Below are positions 49,082-58,701 of a DNA stretch of 64,000 nt, in pieces. The position numbers were made by a program, and so were the translations under genes. How positions within the stretch are numbered: the first letter of the stretch is position 1; every line of letters starts with the position of its first letter. This DNA comes from a virus. The DNA lies in IMG/VR virus record IMGVR_UViG_3300020048_000044, positions 32,001 through 96,000 of that record; one strand, written 5' to 3'. The notes beneath the pieces were generated by a model. That model searched no databases. It was not told where the DNA came from and saw only the letters and a list, made by a program, of their open reading frames with translations.

Positions 49082-49630
49082 ATGAAAAATGTAACTGTAA
49101 AGGAATTAACTCAAATTTTATTAGAAACTAAGTTAATCAAAGGAATGAATATGTTTGCTTCTGTTTTGCAAATCACCGAACCAAAAACAACCGTAAAAGA
49201 TAGAAACAACAAAGACAATAAAAACCCATACGTGAAAATACAAAAATTTTCAAAGGTTTCTATCTTATTAAATGCTGATTATGTAACAGCCGTAATTAAT
49301 CAATTAGAACGAGAAAACAAAGAACAAACAGAATATAAACAAGGCAAAAATACAATGCCTTTAGTATTCGGTGAAAATAACCAATTTTTAGGTTTTTACG
49401 GTGGTAGTCCTGTTTTACAATATCGTCCTAATGATAATGTAAAATCAAAAAGCAAATATTTAGCTGATGGAAAATTAATCGACAAAGCAAAAATTGAGGG
49501 ATTTTTACCACTCGTAAAAAATGCCGAAAATCAAGGAACGGACAGAGAAATTTTTTGGAGAAAACTATACCTAAAAAATGTAAAAAAATTGACATTCAAC
49601 GGACAAACTTACAAAGTAATCGGAGAATAA
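49082..49630 (+). CDS. hypothetical protein
   Basis: ATG after promoter leader. Confidence 0.75.
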   Translation: MKNVTVKELTQILLETKLIKGMNMFASVLQITEPKTTVKDRNNKDNKNPYVKIQKFSKVSILLNADYVTAVINQLERENKEQTEYKQGKNTMPLVFGENNQFLGFYGGSPVLQYRPNDNVKSKSKYLADGKLIDKAKIEGFLPLVKNAENQGTDREIFWRKLYLKNVKKLTFNGQTYKVIGE

Positions 49631-49842
49631 AAATACACTCCGAACAACTACAAAATGAAAAAGGGATTAACTCCCTTTTTTTGTGTAATTTTTCTTTATA
49701 CATAATCATTCTAAATAACATAATTGTTAATAACTTTATACTATATTATTTGCTATTAAAATAAATTTTACACGACACAATATAAAGCGTTTTAAGCAAT
49801 GTTATGTATAAATGATATACGGACACAACCAAAAAAAGATAG

Positions 49843-49924
49843 TCCCATACAACCCCCCTGTGCACCCCTACCCCCGTGTTACCCCCCCCGTCTATGCCCC
49901 ACCGTGTAGGGTGAAATAGGGGGG
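49843..49924. other. C-tract (G-quadruplex-prone on - strand) at a skew inversion
   Basis: C runs of 6,4,5,8,4 then a G6 run. Confidence 0.7.
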
Positions 49925-49940
49925 ATGATGCTGTTCACTA

Positions 49941-50130
49941 AAATTTTTTCCAGAATTTTTTTATAACATATTTGGACCTTGTTCGCTAAAATTTTTTCTA
50001 GGATTTTTTTATATATCATATTTGGACCTTGTTACCCAAAATTTTTTCCTAGGATTTTTTCACATATTATATTAGGGGGGTCTTATATCGAAAAAAAATT
50101 TTTTAGAAATTTTTTTGATATATATTTGGT
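49941..50130. repeat. four ~50-bp tandem iteron-like repeats
   Basis: AAATTTTTTC..AG.ATTTTTT...CATATTTGGACCTTGTT units at 49941, 49989, 50039, ~50096. Confidence 0.75.
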
Positions 50131-50159
50131 AGTCTCAAAATTTATTAATACCTTTGCAT

Positions 50160-50531
50160 ATGAAAAAAATTCTAGTATTATTATTTATGTTATTAAGTGG
50201 GATATGTTTGTCACAGGTTCCAGAGTTTAGGCCCAATCAATTTAGGTTATTGGATAATTCATCGGATGCTAGCATTTTGGTATATCGTCCAGTGAAGCAG
50301 ATTAAGATAACGTTTAAGACGATGATAAATGATAATGTTGTTGATAACATATTTGAGGATTTATCTGAGGGTATTGATTTGGGTGAGGCAGATTATTTAG
50401 GTATTGGTAAGTATGATATAAGGTTAAAGTATTATATGAATTCGAGGTTACGTTTATTGGGTAGGTTAGTAGTACGGAGGTTGGATATGGGTGATGCGAG
50501 TTATTATATTGGATTTGAGTATAAATTTTAA
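50160..50531 (+). CDS. leaderless exported protein, possible outer-membrane beta-barrel
   Basis: signal peptide; C-terminus YYIGFEYKF. Confidence 0.55.
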   Translation: MKKILVLLFMLLSGICLSQVPEFRPNQFRLLDNSSDASILVYRPVKQIKITFKTMINDNVVDNIFEDLSEGIDLGEADYLGIGKYDIRLKYYMNSRLRLLGRLVVRRLDMGDASYYIGFEYKF

Positions 50532-50534
50532 AAT

Positions 50535-51191
50535 ATGTATATGGAGTTTAAAAAGTTTAGTGTTAGGGTTATCAATGAAGTTGGCAGTCCTATTAGTATT
50601 GGGATGAACATTTCGTTAATTCATAGGGTCCCTAGAATCTTGAGTGATATTGGGGTTATTGAGACTTATGAGAAGGATTATTCTGGATTTAGTTATGGTG
50701 TAAGAAACTTAGGTACGAATAAGATAAGCATCATGCATATTTCTAGTATTCGTCCTATAGGATTAGTATTAACGTCTGAGGATGAAGTTTGTGTTGGTGA
50801 TATATTTTATCATGATGGAGAGCTTCACAAGTGTATTGAAATTAGTGGTGGTGTTATTGCTGAGAATGGTATAAGGTATCATAGTCAACCATATTCTAAG
50901 GTTGTTGCGTTATCGAATGAGATTGGTTATAGTTATAATCGTGGTCCGATTCACGACCACAATCATAGTTGGAGGGATGGGGTTTATTTAGAGGATTTTA
51001 ATGATGGGGTTGCACGTAAGTTATATGAGATGCATTCTGTTTATGTATTGGTTAGTGAGCAGTGTTTGGAGCATGGGTTAGATTGTTCATGCAAGAGTGG
51101 TTTTGTTATCAAGCCTATATTACATGATGGTAAGATAATCATGGACACATATGACATTACTGGTAATGAATCGTATTATTTTCACAATTAA
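50535..51191 (+). CDS. hypothetical protein
   Basis: ORF track. Confidence 0.7.
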   Translation: MYMEFKKFSVRVINEVGSPISIGMNISLIHRVPRILSDIGVIETYEKDYSGFSYGVRNLGTNKISIMHISSIRPIGLVLTSEDEVCVGDIFYHDGELHKCIEISGGVIAENGIRYHSQPYSKVVALSNEIGYSYNRGPIHDHNHSWRDGVYLEDFNDGVARKLYEMHSVYVLVSEQCLEHGLDCSCKSGFVIKPILHDGKIIMDTYDITGNESYYFHN

Positions 51192-51203
51192 AAAATCGTA
51201 TTT

Positions 51204-52469
51204 ATGAAGAAGAAGAGTTTAAAGGTTAAGGATTTGGTTGAGCAAGAGAAGCCAGAGTGGGAATTGATATCTGAGAGCAAGAATGATAATATTGATTTAT
51301 TATTTGAGATATATAAACAGGACAAGGCTAAGGCTAGGATAATTTATCATCAGCGGAAGTTACATAATCAGAATGCATATCTTCAGACACGTATTGTATT
51401 TTTCAAGTGGTCCAATGGGAATTTCAAGTTTGCTAAGTTTGTTGAGAGTGTTGGCATTGGTAAGACTGGAATAATATATAAGTCTAAGAAGTTGGAGGAG
51501 GCTATATTATATAAGGATAAGAAGTTTTATCATATTACTAGCAATAGGATATATCAGTTAACGTATAATAGTCTTAATAATTTCGTAAATACTTATTCAT
51601 TTGATGGGAATCGTAAGGGTAATTATGTTTATGATTATTTGGTAAAGGATTTTGGGTGGTTGCGTAATTTAGCTGAATCTAGGTATGGTGGTAATATATC
51701 ATTTAACACAATAATTTCTAAGAAGTTATTTAATGAGAAGGCTATTTTCAAGTATATTTATGGTTTTTCGTATCCAGTTTCAAAGATATTATCGGTTAAT
51801 GGATATTCTACGAAGCCTCAGTTGTACAAGTTAAAGAATTCGGTTATTAACATTGAGAATTTAAAGGCTGAGATGTTAAATAGCACGTTATTTAATGATA
51901 CATTAAACATGGCCAATACACTTGGTCGTAAGATAAATTGTTCATGGAGCTTGAAGCGATTAAAGCAAGAGCATGATAAGTGGGCTAAGGAGATTATTGA
52001 GGTTATTCTTGAGTTTGAGCCATTAGAGGAATTAAAGATTTCAAAGGTTTATAGGGATTTTGCTGAGTTTAGTGGATATGAGTTATTATTAACGAATCAT
52101 GATTTGATATCTGAGGGCAAGGTAATGTCTCATTGTGTTGGAACTTATTCTGGGAAGGTTAATTCTGGAAATTGTGCGATATTTCGTGTGGAGGGTCACA
52201 CATTAGAGGTAGGTTTTTGCAAACAATATAGCACAGATGGTCAGAGATTATCGGTATTATATGGTAGCAAATTAAATAAGATGTTACAGATGGTTCAGTG
52301 CATGGGTTTTGATAATGTATCTGCTAATAATGTATTAAAGGATAAGATTAATGATTGTATTCATAAGTTTAATGAGAAGGGGATAGAGCAGTATGATTCT
52401 GATAGTAATTTTAGGCATACTACGGATGATTTTTTTAATAATGCGTTAGTTGAAGAGTTACCATTTTAA
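51204..52469 (+). CDS. PcfJ-like domain protein
   Basis: L..EGKVMSHCVGTY....IF...TLEV. Confidence 0.8.
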   Translation: MKKKSLKVKDLVEQEKPEWELISESKNDNIDLLFEIYKQDKAKARIIYHQRKLHNQNAYLQTRIVFFKWSNGNFKFAKFVESVGIGKTGIIYKSKKLEEAILYKDKKFYHITSNRIYQLTYNSLNNFVNTYSFDGNRKGNYVYDYLVKDFGWLRNLAESRYGGNISFNTIISKKLFNEKAIFKYIYGFSYPVSKILSVNGYSTKPQLYKLKNSVINIENLKAEMLNSTLFNDTLNMANTLGRKINCSWSLKRLKQEHDKWAKEIIEVILEFEPLEELKISKVYRDFAEFSGYELLLTNHDLISEGKVMSHCVGTYSGKVNSGNCAIFRVEGHTLEVGFCKQYSTDGQRLSVLYGSKLNKMLQMVQCMGFDNVSANNVLKDKINDCIHKFNEKGIEQYDSDSNFRHTTDDFFNNALVEELPF

Positions 52470-52471
52470 AT

Positions 52472-52499
52472 AAAAAAGAGGGAATTACCCTCTTTTTTT
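52472..52499. terminator. bidirectional terminator
   Basis: AAAAAAGAGGG/CCCTCTTTTTT between convergent genes. Confidence 0.85.
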
Positions 52500-53618
52500 A
52501 TTAGCATATTTTGCGGCTAGTTTTTCTTGTCTATCTAGAACGTCTTGTTTTTCTTTATCGGATATTGAGAGTTCTTGTTTAGGTGTATTGTTAGCTATAT
52601 CTTTTCTTTCTTTTTTAGCGGCTATTGTTGGTGACATTTTTTCTTTGGATATATTAGGTCCTTTTTTATCTAGATATGTTGTTTTATCTGTTGTATTAAC
52701 GTAGTTACTTTGTTTAATATATTTAACTTCGGCTAAAGAATTAAGTTTTTCTTTAATCAAGCTTTTCATATTTTCGTTTATTGATACGATTTCATCGTAT
52801 GCTTTATTTTTGAATGAATCTAGTTGGTCCATGAAAGGTGTTCTACGAAGTGTTTTGAACACTATATTTTCTAAGCTAAATTCTCCACCACTTTCTAGGC
52901 CAGCGTTTCTCATTTGTTTTATTTTATGTTTAAGGTGTGTTGCCATTTTGAGAACTAGTTTATAGTCATTATTGACGTAAGCTTTTTTAATGCTTCTAAG
53001 TTGGTTAACGAATAGCTTAGCTTTACGTTTAACGGCATCTTTATCTAGCTTAAACTTTTCATGTTTTGGAATTATCAACCATTTATCGTTAAGTATTGAG
53101 TATATTGCTGATGAAATATGCTTTGCGTGTTTATCTTGGATATACATTTCCACTGGGTATCCGAATATTTTGATATCATGGTCGATGCTCCAAGTTGTTT
53201 TTTTCTCACGGAAGAAGTCTTGAATCATTTGGGGGTCACCATCGATTAGTTTAAAGTCTATTATAATATGGAGGTCGATATCAGAGAACTTAGACCAATT
53301 GAAGTTAGCAAGGGAGCCAGTGAAGATAATATCTTTAATTTGGACTTCAGAAGGAAGTTCAAGGTCGGTATAGAAATCGGTAGCTATTTTAAGTAGTTTA
53401 TCTTTAACCTTAGGGTTAAGGACACCCTCTATCCATATTTGTGGATTAAGGGTATCTTTAATTTTAAAGCTATCGAGTACATCTTTAGGTATTATGATTT
53501 CTTTAGTGATATTATCATCGAGTGAATTATCAATTTCATCAATTTCGTCCAATACTCTTTTTGGTTGAATTGGTTGATATGATTCATTAAGTTCTATTTT
53601 ATTAATTAAAAATTTCAT
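52485..53618 (-). CDS. Pol-beta superfamily nucleotidyltransferase
   Basis: TGSLANFNWSKFSDIDLH (GS-x-DxD). Confidence 0.85.
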   Translation of the reverse strand: MKFLINKIELNESYQPIQPKRVLDEIDEIDNSLDDNITKEIIIPKDVLDSFKIKDTLNPQIWIEGVLNPKVKDKLLKIATDFYTDLELPSEVQIKDIIFTGSLANFNWSKFSDIDLHIIIDFKLIDGDPQMIQDFFREKKTTWSIDHDIKIFGYPVEMYIQDKHAKHISSAIYSILNDKWLIIPKHEKFKLDKDAVKRKAKLFVNQLRSIKKAYVNNDYKLVLKMATHLKHKIKQMRNAGLESGGEFSLENIVFKTLRRTPFMDQLDSFKNKAYDEIVSINENMKSLIKEKLNSLAEVKYIKQSNYVNTTDKTTYLDKKGPNISKEKMSPTIAAKKERKDIANNTPKQELSISDKEKQDVLDRQEKLAAKYANKKRG

Positions 53619-53692
53619 TTGGTATAAAGTTTTTTATATAAATATTTGGAATTGTCGATTAGTTTTCATACCTTTGTATAAAATAATAGATT

Positions 53693-54010
53693 ATGAGTGA
53701 AATAACAAAATTATACCGATATGTACGAGGTAGTCGTGAATTCAATACCATTTATTTAGATGAATATAGTATTGTAAAGGAGACACCTAAAGGTTATCGA
53801 ATTAGTGTTCACACTAAAGGTGATAGGTTAGTATTAAAAGAGGGTCGAAAGCGATTTGCACATGAGACACCAGAATTGGCGTTGGAGAGTTTTATTTTAA
53901 GAACTCAAAAATGTCTTAAGATACAGCAAGGGTTAGCTGATTTAACCAAAGGTTTTTTACACACAGCAATTAAATTAAAAGAAACATGGGACTTACAAGT
54001 GAAGAAATAA
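53693..54010 (+). CDS. hypothetical protein
   Basis: ORF after promoter; VKETPKGY. Confidence 0.75.
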   Translation: MSEITKLYRYVRGSREFNTIYLDEYSIVKETPKGYRISVHTKGDRLVLKEGRKRFAHETPELALESFILRTQKCLKIQQGLADLTKGFLHTAIKLKETWDLQVKK

Positions 54011-54399
54011 AAGAAGGTAATGAATTAATTGTTAGGTTCTTAGGGTGGGAATATCAGCCAAGCACCAGTAATAATTTTCCCAGTGGCACTTGGTATGATG
54101 GTCATGTTGGTCATTGTGCTGATAATGGTTTAAGGTGGCATAAGTCATGGGATTGGGTTTTTCCAGTAATAACTAAAATCAATGGATTAGGCAAGGAATA
54201 TAGCTTTGCAATTTTTAAGACTTACGTATCGTTGACTGTAGAGAAGGGTGGTAAGTTTTACAAGGATTTTAGTTATGCTTATTCGGAGTATATAACATCT
54301 GAGCAGACTGCATTGGAGGCGGCATTTAAGATGGTTGTCAGATATATTAAATGGCATAATGAAAATATTTTAATAAAAGTTTTGGATTTGTCAAAATAA
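53986..54399 (+). CDS. hypothetical protein
   Basis: N.LI..FLG...WHKSWDW. Confidence 0.7.
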   Translation: MGLTSEEIKEGNELIVRFLGWEYQPSTSNNFPSGTWYDGHVGHCADNGLRWHKSWDWVFPVITKINGLGKEYSFAIFKTYVSLTVEKGGKFYKDFSYAYSEYITSEQTALEAAFKMVVRYIKWHNENILIKVLDLSK

Positions 54400-54444
54400 A
54401 TTCATACCTTTGTAATTCAATATTATTAACTTAAAAACAAACAA

Positions 54445-54984
54445 ATGAAAAAATTATTCTTTTTTGCGGTGGCTTGCGTTATAGCCTTATCAAGTTGCGA
54501 CAATCATAATGGTCGTGTTTATGTAAATGACAATAACACAGGTGATGTTATTGTAACCCCAGAGGTAGCTAACCTCGGTGATGATTTAAACTTACAAGCT
54601 TTGGGTGAAATGGTTAAGTCCAGTCAGAATGCTGAAGACTTAGAGAACAAATTAAATCAGCCAAATTCAATCAACAATTTAGACTTAGATGGAAATGGTA
54701 GTGTTGATTACATCAATGTAACCGAATATGGCCAAGATGCGTCTAGAGGTTTTTCTTTTACGGTAGATTTAGGCAATGGTCAGAAGCAAGAGATTGCAAC
54801 GATTGAAATGCAGAAGGGTCAAGGTGACCAAGCAATAATGAACATTAATGGCAACCAGAATTTATATGGTAATAATGGCTATTATTCTTCAAGTTATTTA
54901 ATGCGTGATTTATTAATATGGCATTATTTATATCAGCCGCATCCATATTATGCAAGTAGTAAACCTATACGCAAAGTATTTTGA
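54445..54984 (+). CDS. lipoprotein with EF-hand-like loop
   Basis: LSSC lipobox; DLDGNGSVDY. Confidence 0.75.
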   Translation: MKKLFFFAVACVIALSSCDNHNGRVYVNDNNTGDVIVTPEVANLGDDLNLQALGEMVKSSQNAEDLENKLNQPNSINNLDLDGNGSVDYINVTEYGQDASRGFSFTVDLGNGQKQEIATIEMQKGQGDQAIMNINGNQNLYGNNGYYSSSYLMRDLLIWHYLYQPHPYYASSKPIRKVF

Positions 54985-54994
54985 TTACTTAAAA

Positions 54995-55567
54995 ATGTAT
55001 GACATATATTGTGCTGTAGATTTGGATAAGGGTGAGTTTGCATTTTCAAGCATCAATAATGATTGGACTGATGAACAATGGTTTAACTTCCTTGGTAACG
55101 AAAGATTTAGTGATGTTCGTGTTGCTGTTGCTGAGTTCAAGGGTCTTAATCCAGTGGAGATTGTTTTCTTATCATTTCTAAATGAGAACAGATTTGATTG
55201 TACCGCACCTAAATGGGAGGATAATTTAACTGCTGATGGAATTTGGAGAGAGATTGAAGAAATATGTAATACAGCCATTTCAGCTGATTATTTGAAAGAA
55301 GGTGGTGTTATTGAAGATGTTATCACCCAAGGTACTGCCATAGCTTTAGAACTCATTAAATCGGCTACAGAAGCTATTAATAACGAAGCGGAAAGTGAAG
55401 CATATGATAATGGGGATATGTATGAAGAAACAACTGAAACTACAACGACTACTGAGTATGTTGATATTGTAGAGGAGCCATATTACGGGTATGATTATTG
55501 GGACCCATATTACGACCCATATTATGTATCACCGTTATGGATTGTTCCAGTAGTATTATTATTTTAA
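54995..55567 (+). CDS. hypothetical acidic protein with Tyr/Pro-rich tail
   Basis: ATG at 54995. Confidence 0.65.
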   Translation: MYDIYCAVDLDKGEFAFSSINNDWTDEQWFNFLGNERFSDVRVAVAEFKGLNPVEIVFLSFLNENRFDCTAPKWEDNLTADGIWREIEEICNTAISADYLKEGGVIEDVITQGTAIALELIKSATEAINNEAESEAYDNGDMYEETTETTTTTEYVDIVEEPYYGYDYWDPYYDPYYVSPLWIVPVVLLF

Positions 55568-55580
55568 AACAAAAGACCGC

Positions 55581-56186
55581 TTATTTAGGCGGTCTTTTTT
55601 TTGGTTTAGTTGTAGTAATTTTAGGGGTTGTAGCTTTGGTTGTTGTTTTTTTCTTTTTACGTTTCTTTTTATATTTTTTAACAACAAATTTACGTGTTCC
55701 AGTTTCTTTGATTTTAATGCAATATGGTTCTTCTTTTAACAAAGTTATATCAAGCATCCATTCGTATTTAGAACGTTCTCTATGGAGCTCAAAAGAGGCT
55801 AAAACGTGGTCATTTATATCATCGATATCCCATTTATTAATCTTAGCTAATTGGTGGAAGCAAACTGATTGTTTTCCGATAGCTATTGCACGGCCAAGAT
55901 GTTTAACTTGGTGGCAAGTTGGGCAAAGGGAAATAAGACCTACTAGCTTTTGTATATGGTTAACATCGTCATATTCCCATATTTCATGACATTCGACATC
56001 GTGTGGGTATCCTTGTTGTTTACCAGTTTCACCACATATTTCACACTTATGGCCAGCGGCTTCGTATGATATATGTCTAATCTTATCCCATTCTATTGGT
56101 TTTACGGTTGTTCTAACGTTTGAGAAATGGCAAGTGCTTGGGACTAGTTCTACAGTTAGTTTAGGTTTTTTAGACTTCAGTGACAT
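55581..56186 (-). CDS. HNH endonuclease-like protein
   Basis: CEICG...ECHE.W...LCPTCHQVKH. Confidence 0.8.
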   Translation of the reverse strand: MSLKSKKPKLTVELVPSTCHFSNVRTTVKPIEWDKIRHISYEAAGHKCEICGETGKQQGYPHDVECHEIWEYDDVNHIQKLVGLISLCPTCHQVKHLGRAIAIGKQSVCFHQLAKINKWDIDDINDHVLASFELHRERSKYEWMLDITLLKEEPYCIKIKETGTRKFVVKKYKKKRKKKKTTTKATTPKITTTKPKKRPPK

Positions 56187-56628
56187 AGAACCATTTTTTA
56201 AATTCTTTTCTGTTTATTAGGTATCCATGGGTTTCGGACCCATGGTCACCAGCATCTTTGAATACTGGGAAATCATTTTCTGTGATAAGCATTTTAAGTT
56301 GGTCTGATTTGATGAACCATAGTTCTCTAAGGTAGATAAAATATGTAACGAACCAATCGGCTTGTGTAACTTCTATACCAGAGGGTTTTTTCCTAGAGGA
56401 AAATTCTATAAAGATATTTCCAGTATCGAATAGTAGAGCTACCTTGACATCGGTTTTAACTTCGTAAGTGATTTCATTACTACCAACATTAGTAGCCATT
56501 TTGATATCATATTTATTATCATTATTTGATGAGACGTATGTTAATCCTTTGGTTTCAAGGAATTTAACAATTGCTTGTTCACCTTGATTTCCTAGGATTA
56601 GGTCTTGTCTAAAATTTAAATTTGCCAT
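56170..56628 (-). CDS. PD-(D/E)xK nuclease-like protein
   Basis: G..GE...YD...YEVKTD...TGNIFIE...SGI..T.AD. Confidence 0.7.
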   Translation of the reverse strand: MANLNFRQDLILGNQGEQAIVKFLETKGLTYVSSNNDNKYDIKMATNVGSNEITYEVKTDVKVALLFDTGNIFIEFSSRKKPSGIEVTQADWFVTYFIYLRELWFIKSDQLKMLITENDFPVFKDAGDHGSETHGYLINRKEFKKWFYVTEV

Positions 56629-56683
56629 TTATAAATATACTATTTAATTTTGTAATAATCAACAATATTTATAAATAAAAGAT

Positions 56684-57133
56684 ATGAAAATTAGAATAAC
56701 TGAGGACCAAGCTAAAAGGCTTAATATTGGTCAACCGTCAAATCCATTAGAATCTTTTAAAAAAGGTTGTGAGATTGCAAACAAGCAATTAAACCATGTT
56801 TTTCTTATAGTTTCAACATATACCAACGATGAAATATTGAATGGTGAATTGGATGTTCATGCTTACGAGATGAAGGTATTTGGTATAAGTGATGACGTAC
56901 ATGTTTTATATATGGGAGCGTATGATTATTTGGATACATTACCCGAAAACGAGTTAGATAGAGTTATTGATGATTTGAAGGACAGTGTTGATAAGAAGTT
57001 AATGTTTTTAGAGAAGTTTTTAGATACTTGCGGTAAGTTGGAGGAGAAACCGAATTTAGGTGGTGTTTTAGATAAATTAAGAGAAACCAATTTATTTGAT
57101 GATATTGAGTCTATTGATATTACTAATAATTAA
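56684..57133 (+). CDS. hypothetical protein
   Basis: N-terminal KIRITEDQ. Confidence 0.7.
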   Translation: MKIRITEDQAKRLNIGQPSNPLESFKKGCEIANKQLNHVFLIVSTYTNDEILNGELDVHAYEMKVFGISDDVHVLYMGAYDYLDTLPENELDRVIDDLKDSVDKKLMFLEKFLDTCGKLEEKPNLGGVLDKLRETNLFDDIESIDITNN

Positions 57134-57200
57134 AATTTTTAAGAAAAAATTTGGAATTTAGGATTATTTGTTGTACCTTTGATAAATAAACTAAATAGTC

Positions 57201-57788
57201 ATGAAAAAAATTACAACAAATTTCTTAAGATTATTAGCGATAGTTATAATCTTATCATCGTGTCAAAAGGAGTTCGATTACCCTACAAACAGATATGCCG
57301 ATGCAACTATTGTTGATGGTGATACTGTCGGTAGATGGGGAACCTTCATTGTTGTTGATGCGGTTATGTATGTTGAGAACTTAGAGACTGGTGAAAAGAA
57401 AGTATATCAACATTTTAGTCCAACCAAGCGTATTTCTAGCTTAAGGTGGGAAGGCAGTATATATCCAATAGAAACCATAATTAAAGATTCTACAACATAT
57501 ACATTTTACAGACCACGTGGTAGTTATGGTAATTTTGTATTGAATAGTGATACAAGCCAGCATTATAATGTTTATTATAAGGGTATGTATTCTACAATCA
57601 TTGAGGACCCAGTATATGGGATGCAGCAGCAGATGATGGGTGGCTCAGCTAGGCCATTTAGTTGTCAAGTATGGGATTCTAAGGAAAAGACTATAGCGAT
57701 GCAGATACAGGAGACGGCTGATAATATAGATGGTTATAATGTAAGATATTGGACGCAATTAAAATTGAAAAAGATAGTTGAGTTTTAA
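57201..57788 (+). CDS. lipoprotein
   Basis: LSSC lipobox. Confidence 0.75.
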   Translation: MKKITTNFLRLLAIVIILSSCQKEFDYPTNRYADATIVDGDTVGRWGTFIVVDAVMYVENLETGEKKVYQHFSPTKRISSLRWEGSIYPIETIIKDSTTYTFYRPRGSYGNFVLNSDTSQHYNVYYKGMYSTIIEDPVYGMQQQMMGGSARPFSCQVWDSKEKTIAMQIQETADNIDGYNVRYWTQLKLKKIVEF

Positions 57789-58045
57789 TTTAGCTTAAGG
57801 AATTCTTTAACAACATTTCTAGCTATCAATTCGTTACAAGTAAATACCTTGGTCATTATTTGTGTTAGTATTTGTATAATTGGTGGTTGGTTTGATATAT
57901 TAATATCTGTTTTATTAAGGAAGTAGATACTACCATTATCAAGCAATATTCCACGTTTAAAACGCATATTTTGTTTAAATCTAGATACTGGATAGTTTCT
58001 TTGTAGAAATTTAAGCATCATTTGTTTATCGATATCGTTAATCAT
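57785..58045 (-). CDS. hypothetical protein
   Basis: ORF track. Confidence 0.7.
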   Translation of the reverse strand: MINDIDKQMMLKFLQRNYPVSRFKQNMRFKRGILLDNGSIYFLNKTDINISNQPPIIQILTQIMTKVFTCNELIARNVVKEFLKLN

Positions 58046-58076
58046 AGTTTCAGTTTAATATAAATATTTTAAAAAA

Positions 58077-58394
58077 ATGAATTCATTAGATAACTTTATA
58101 TATTTGACAATATGTGAAGCATCATTAGATTGTTTCGATAAAAATCAGTTTAAATCATTTAAAACATATTCATCATATTGTTCAAACATGAATTTATCAT
58201 TAAAAGATGGTAAATTAAATAAGCGTGAAATGACTGATATAATGGAAATTATGGATATATTGGATAAGATTTATTCTATGACAATAGATGAAAATGGTTT
58301 TTACATAGCTAAGTATTTCGCCACTTGTGATTTTGAGTTATTCGAAAAGAATGTTCGTTTGACTAGAATTTGTTTTCCACATTCTAATGGTTAA
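58077..58394 (+). CDS. hypothetical protein
   Basis: ORF track. Confidence 0.65.
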   Translation: MNSLDNFIYLTICEASLDCFDKNQFKSFKTYSSYCSNMNLSLKDGKLNKREMTDIMEIMDILDKIYSMTIDENGFYIAKYFATCDFELFEKNVRLTRICFPHSNG

Positions 58395-58642
58395 TATAAT
58401 GATTTAACTCGTATTTGGCCTTTAAGATATAGTTTTTTTTTCATTTCAAGGAATCCGATTATAGTAGTTTTGATAATATGCTCAGAAATAGCTGGATAGA
58501 ATATTTGTTTAATTAATGGTGTTACTCGTTGAATTGCGGTATTAGGGCTTCTAACGTTACCACATACATATAAATAAATGACTGGGTGGTCATTTGGGTA
58601 TTCTCTATCTAAAAAAGACCAAATTAAAGTTGAATCGCTCAT
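58391..58642 (-). CDS. hypothetical protein
   Basis: ORF track. Confidence 0.7.
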   Translation of the reverse strand: MSDSTLIWSFLDREYPNDHPVIYLYVCGNVRSPNTAIQRVTPLIKQIFYPAISEHIIKTTIIGFLEMKKKLYLKGQIRVKSLY

Positions 58643-58701
58643 TTATTTTTAATTGTTTTTTATTATATTTATAAATATAAATAAAATAAAAATTTAAGTA
58701 A

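Noticed and set aside
126-49082. Promoter repeats as a CRISPR array
   Set aside because: Repeats are degenerate, irregularly spaced and separated by whole genes; no cas genes.
30060-49700. Block-specific avoidance of CATG or GTAC
   Set aside because: Counter-examples at 36913, 41523 and 41547 (CATG) and 38782 (GTAC); any depletion needs counting.
49555-50230. ORFs 49555-49764 and 49979-50230
   Set aside because: Translations across a terminator and the tandem repeats.
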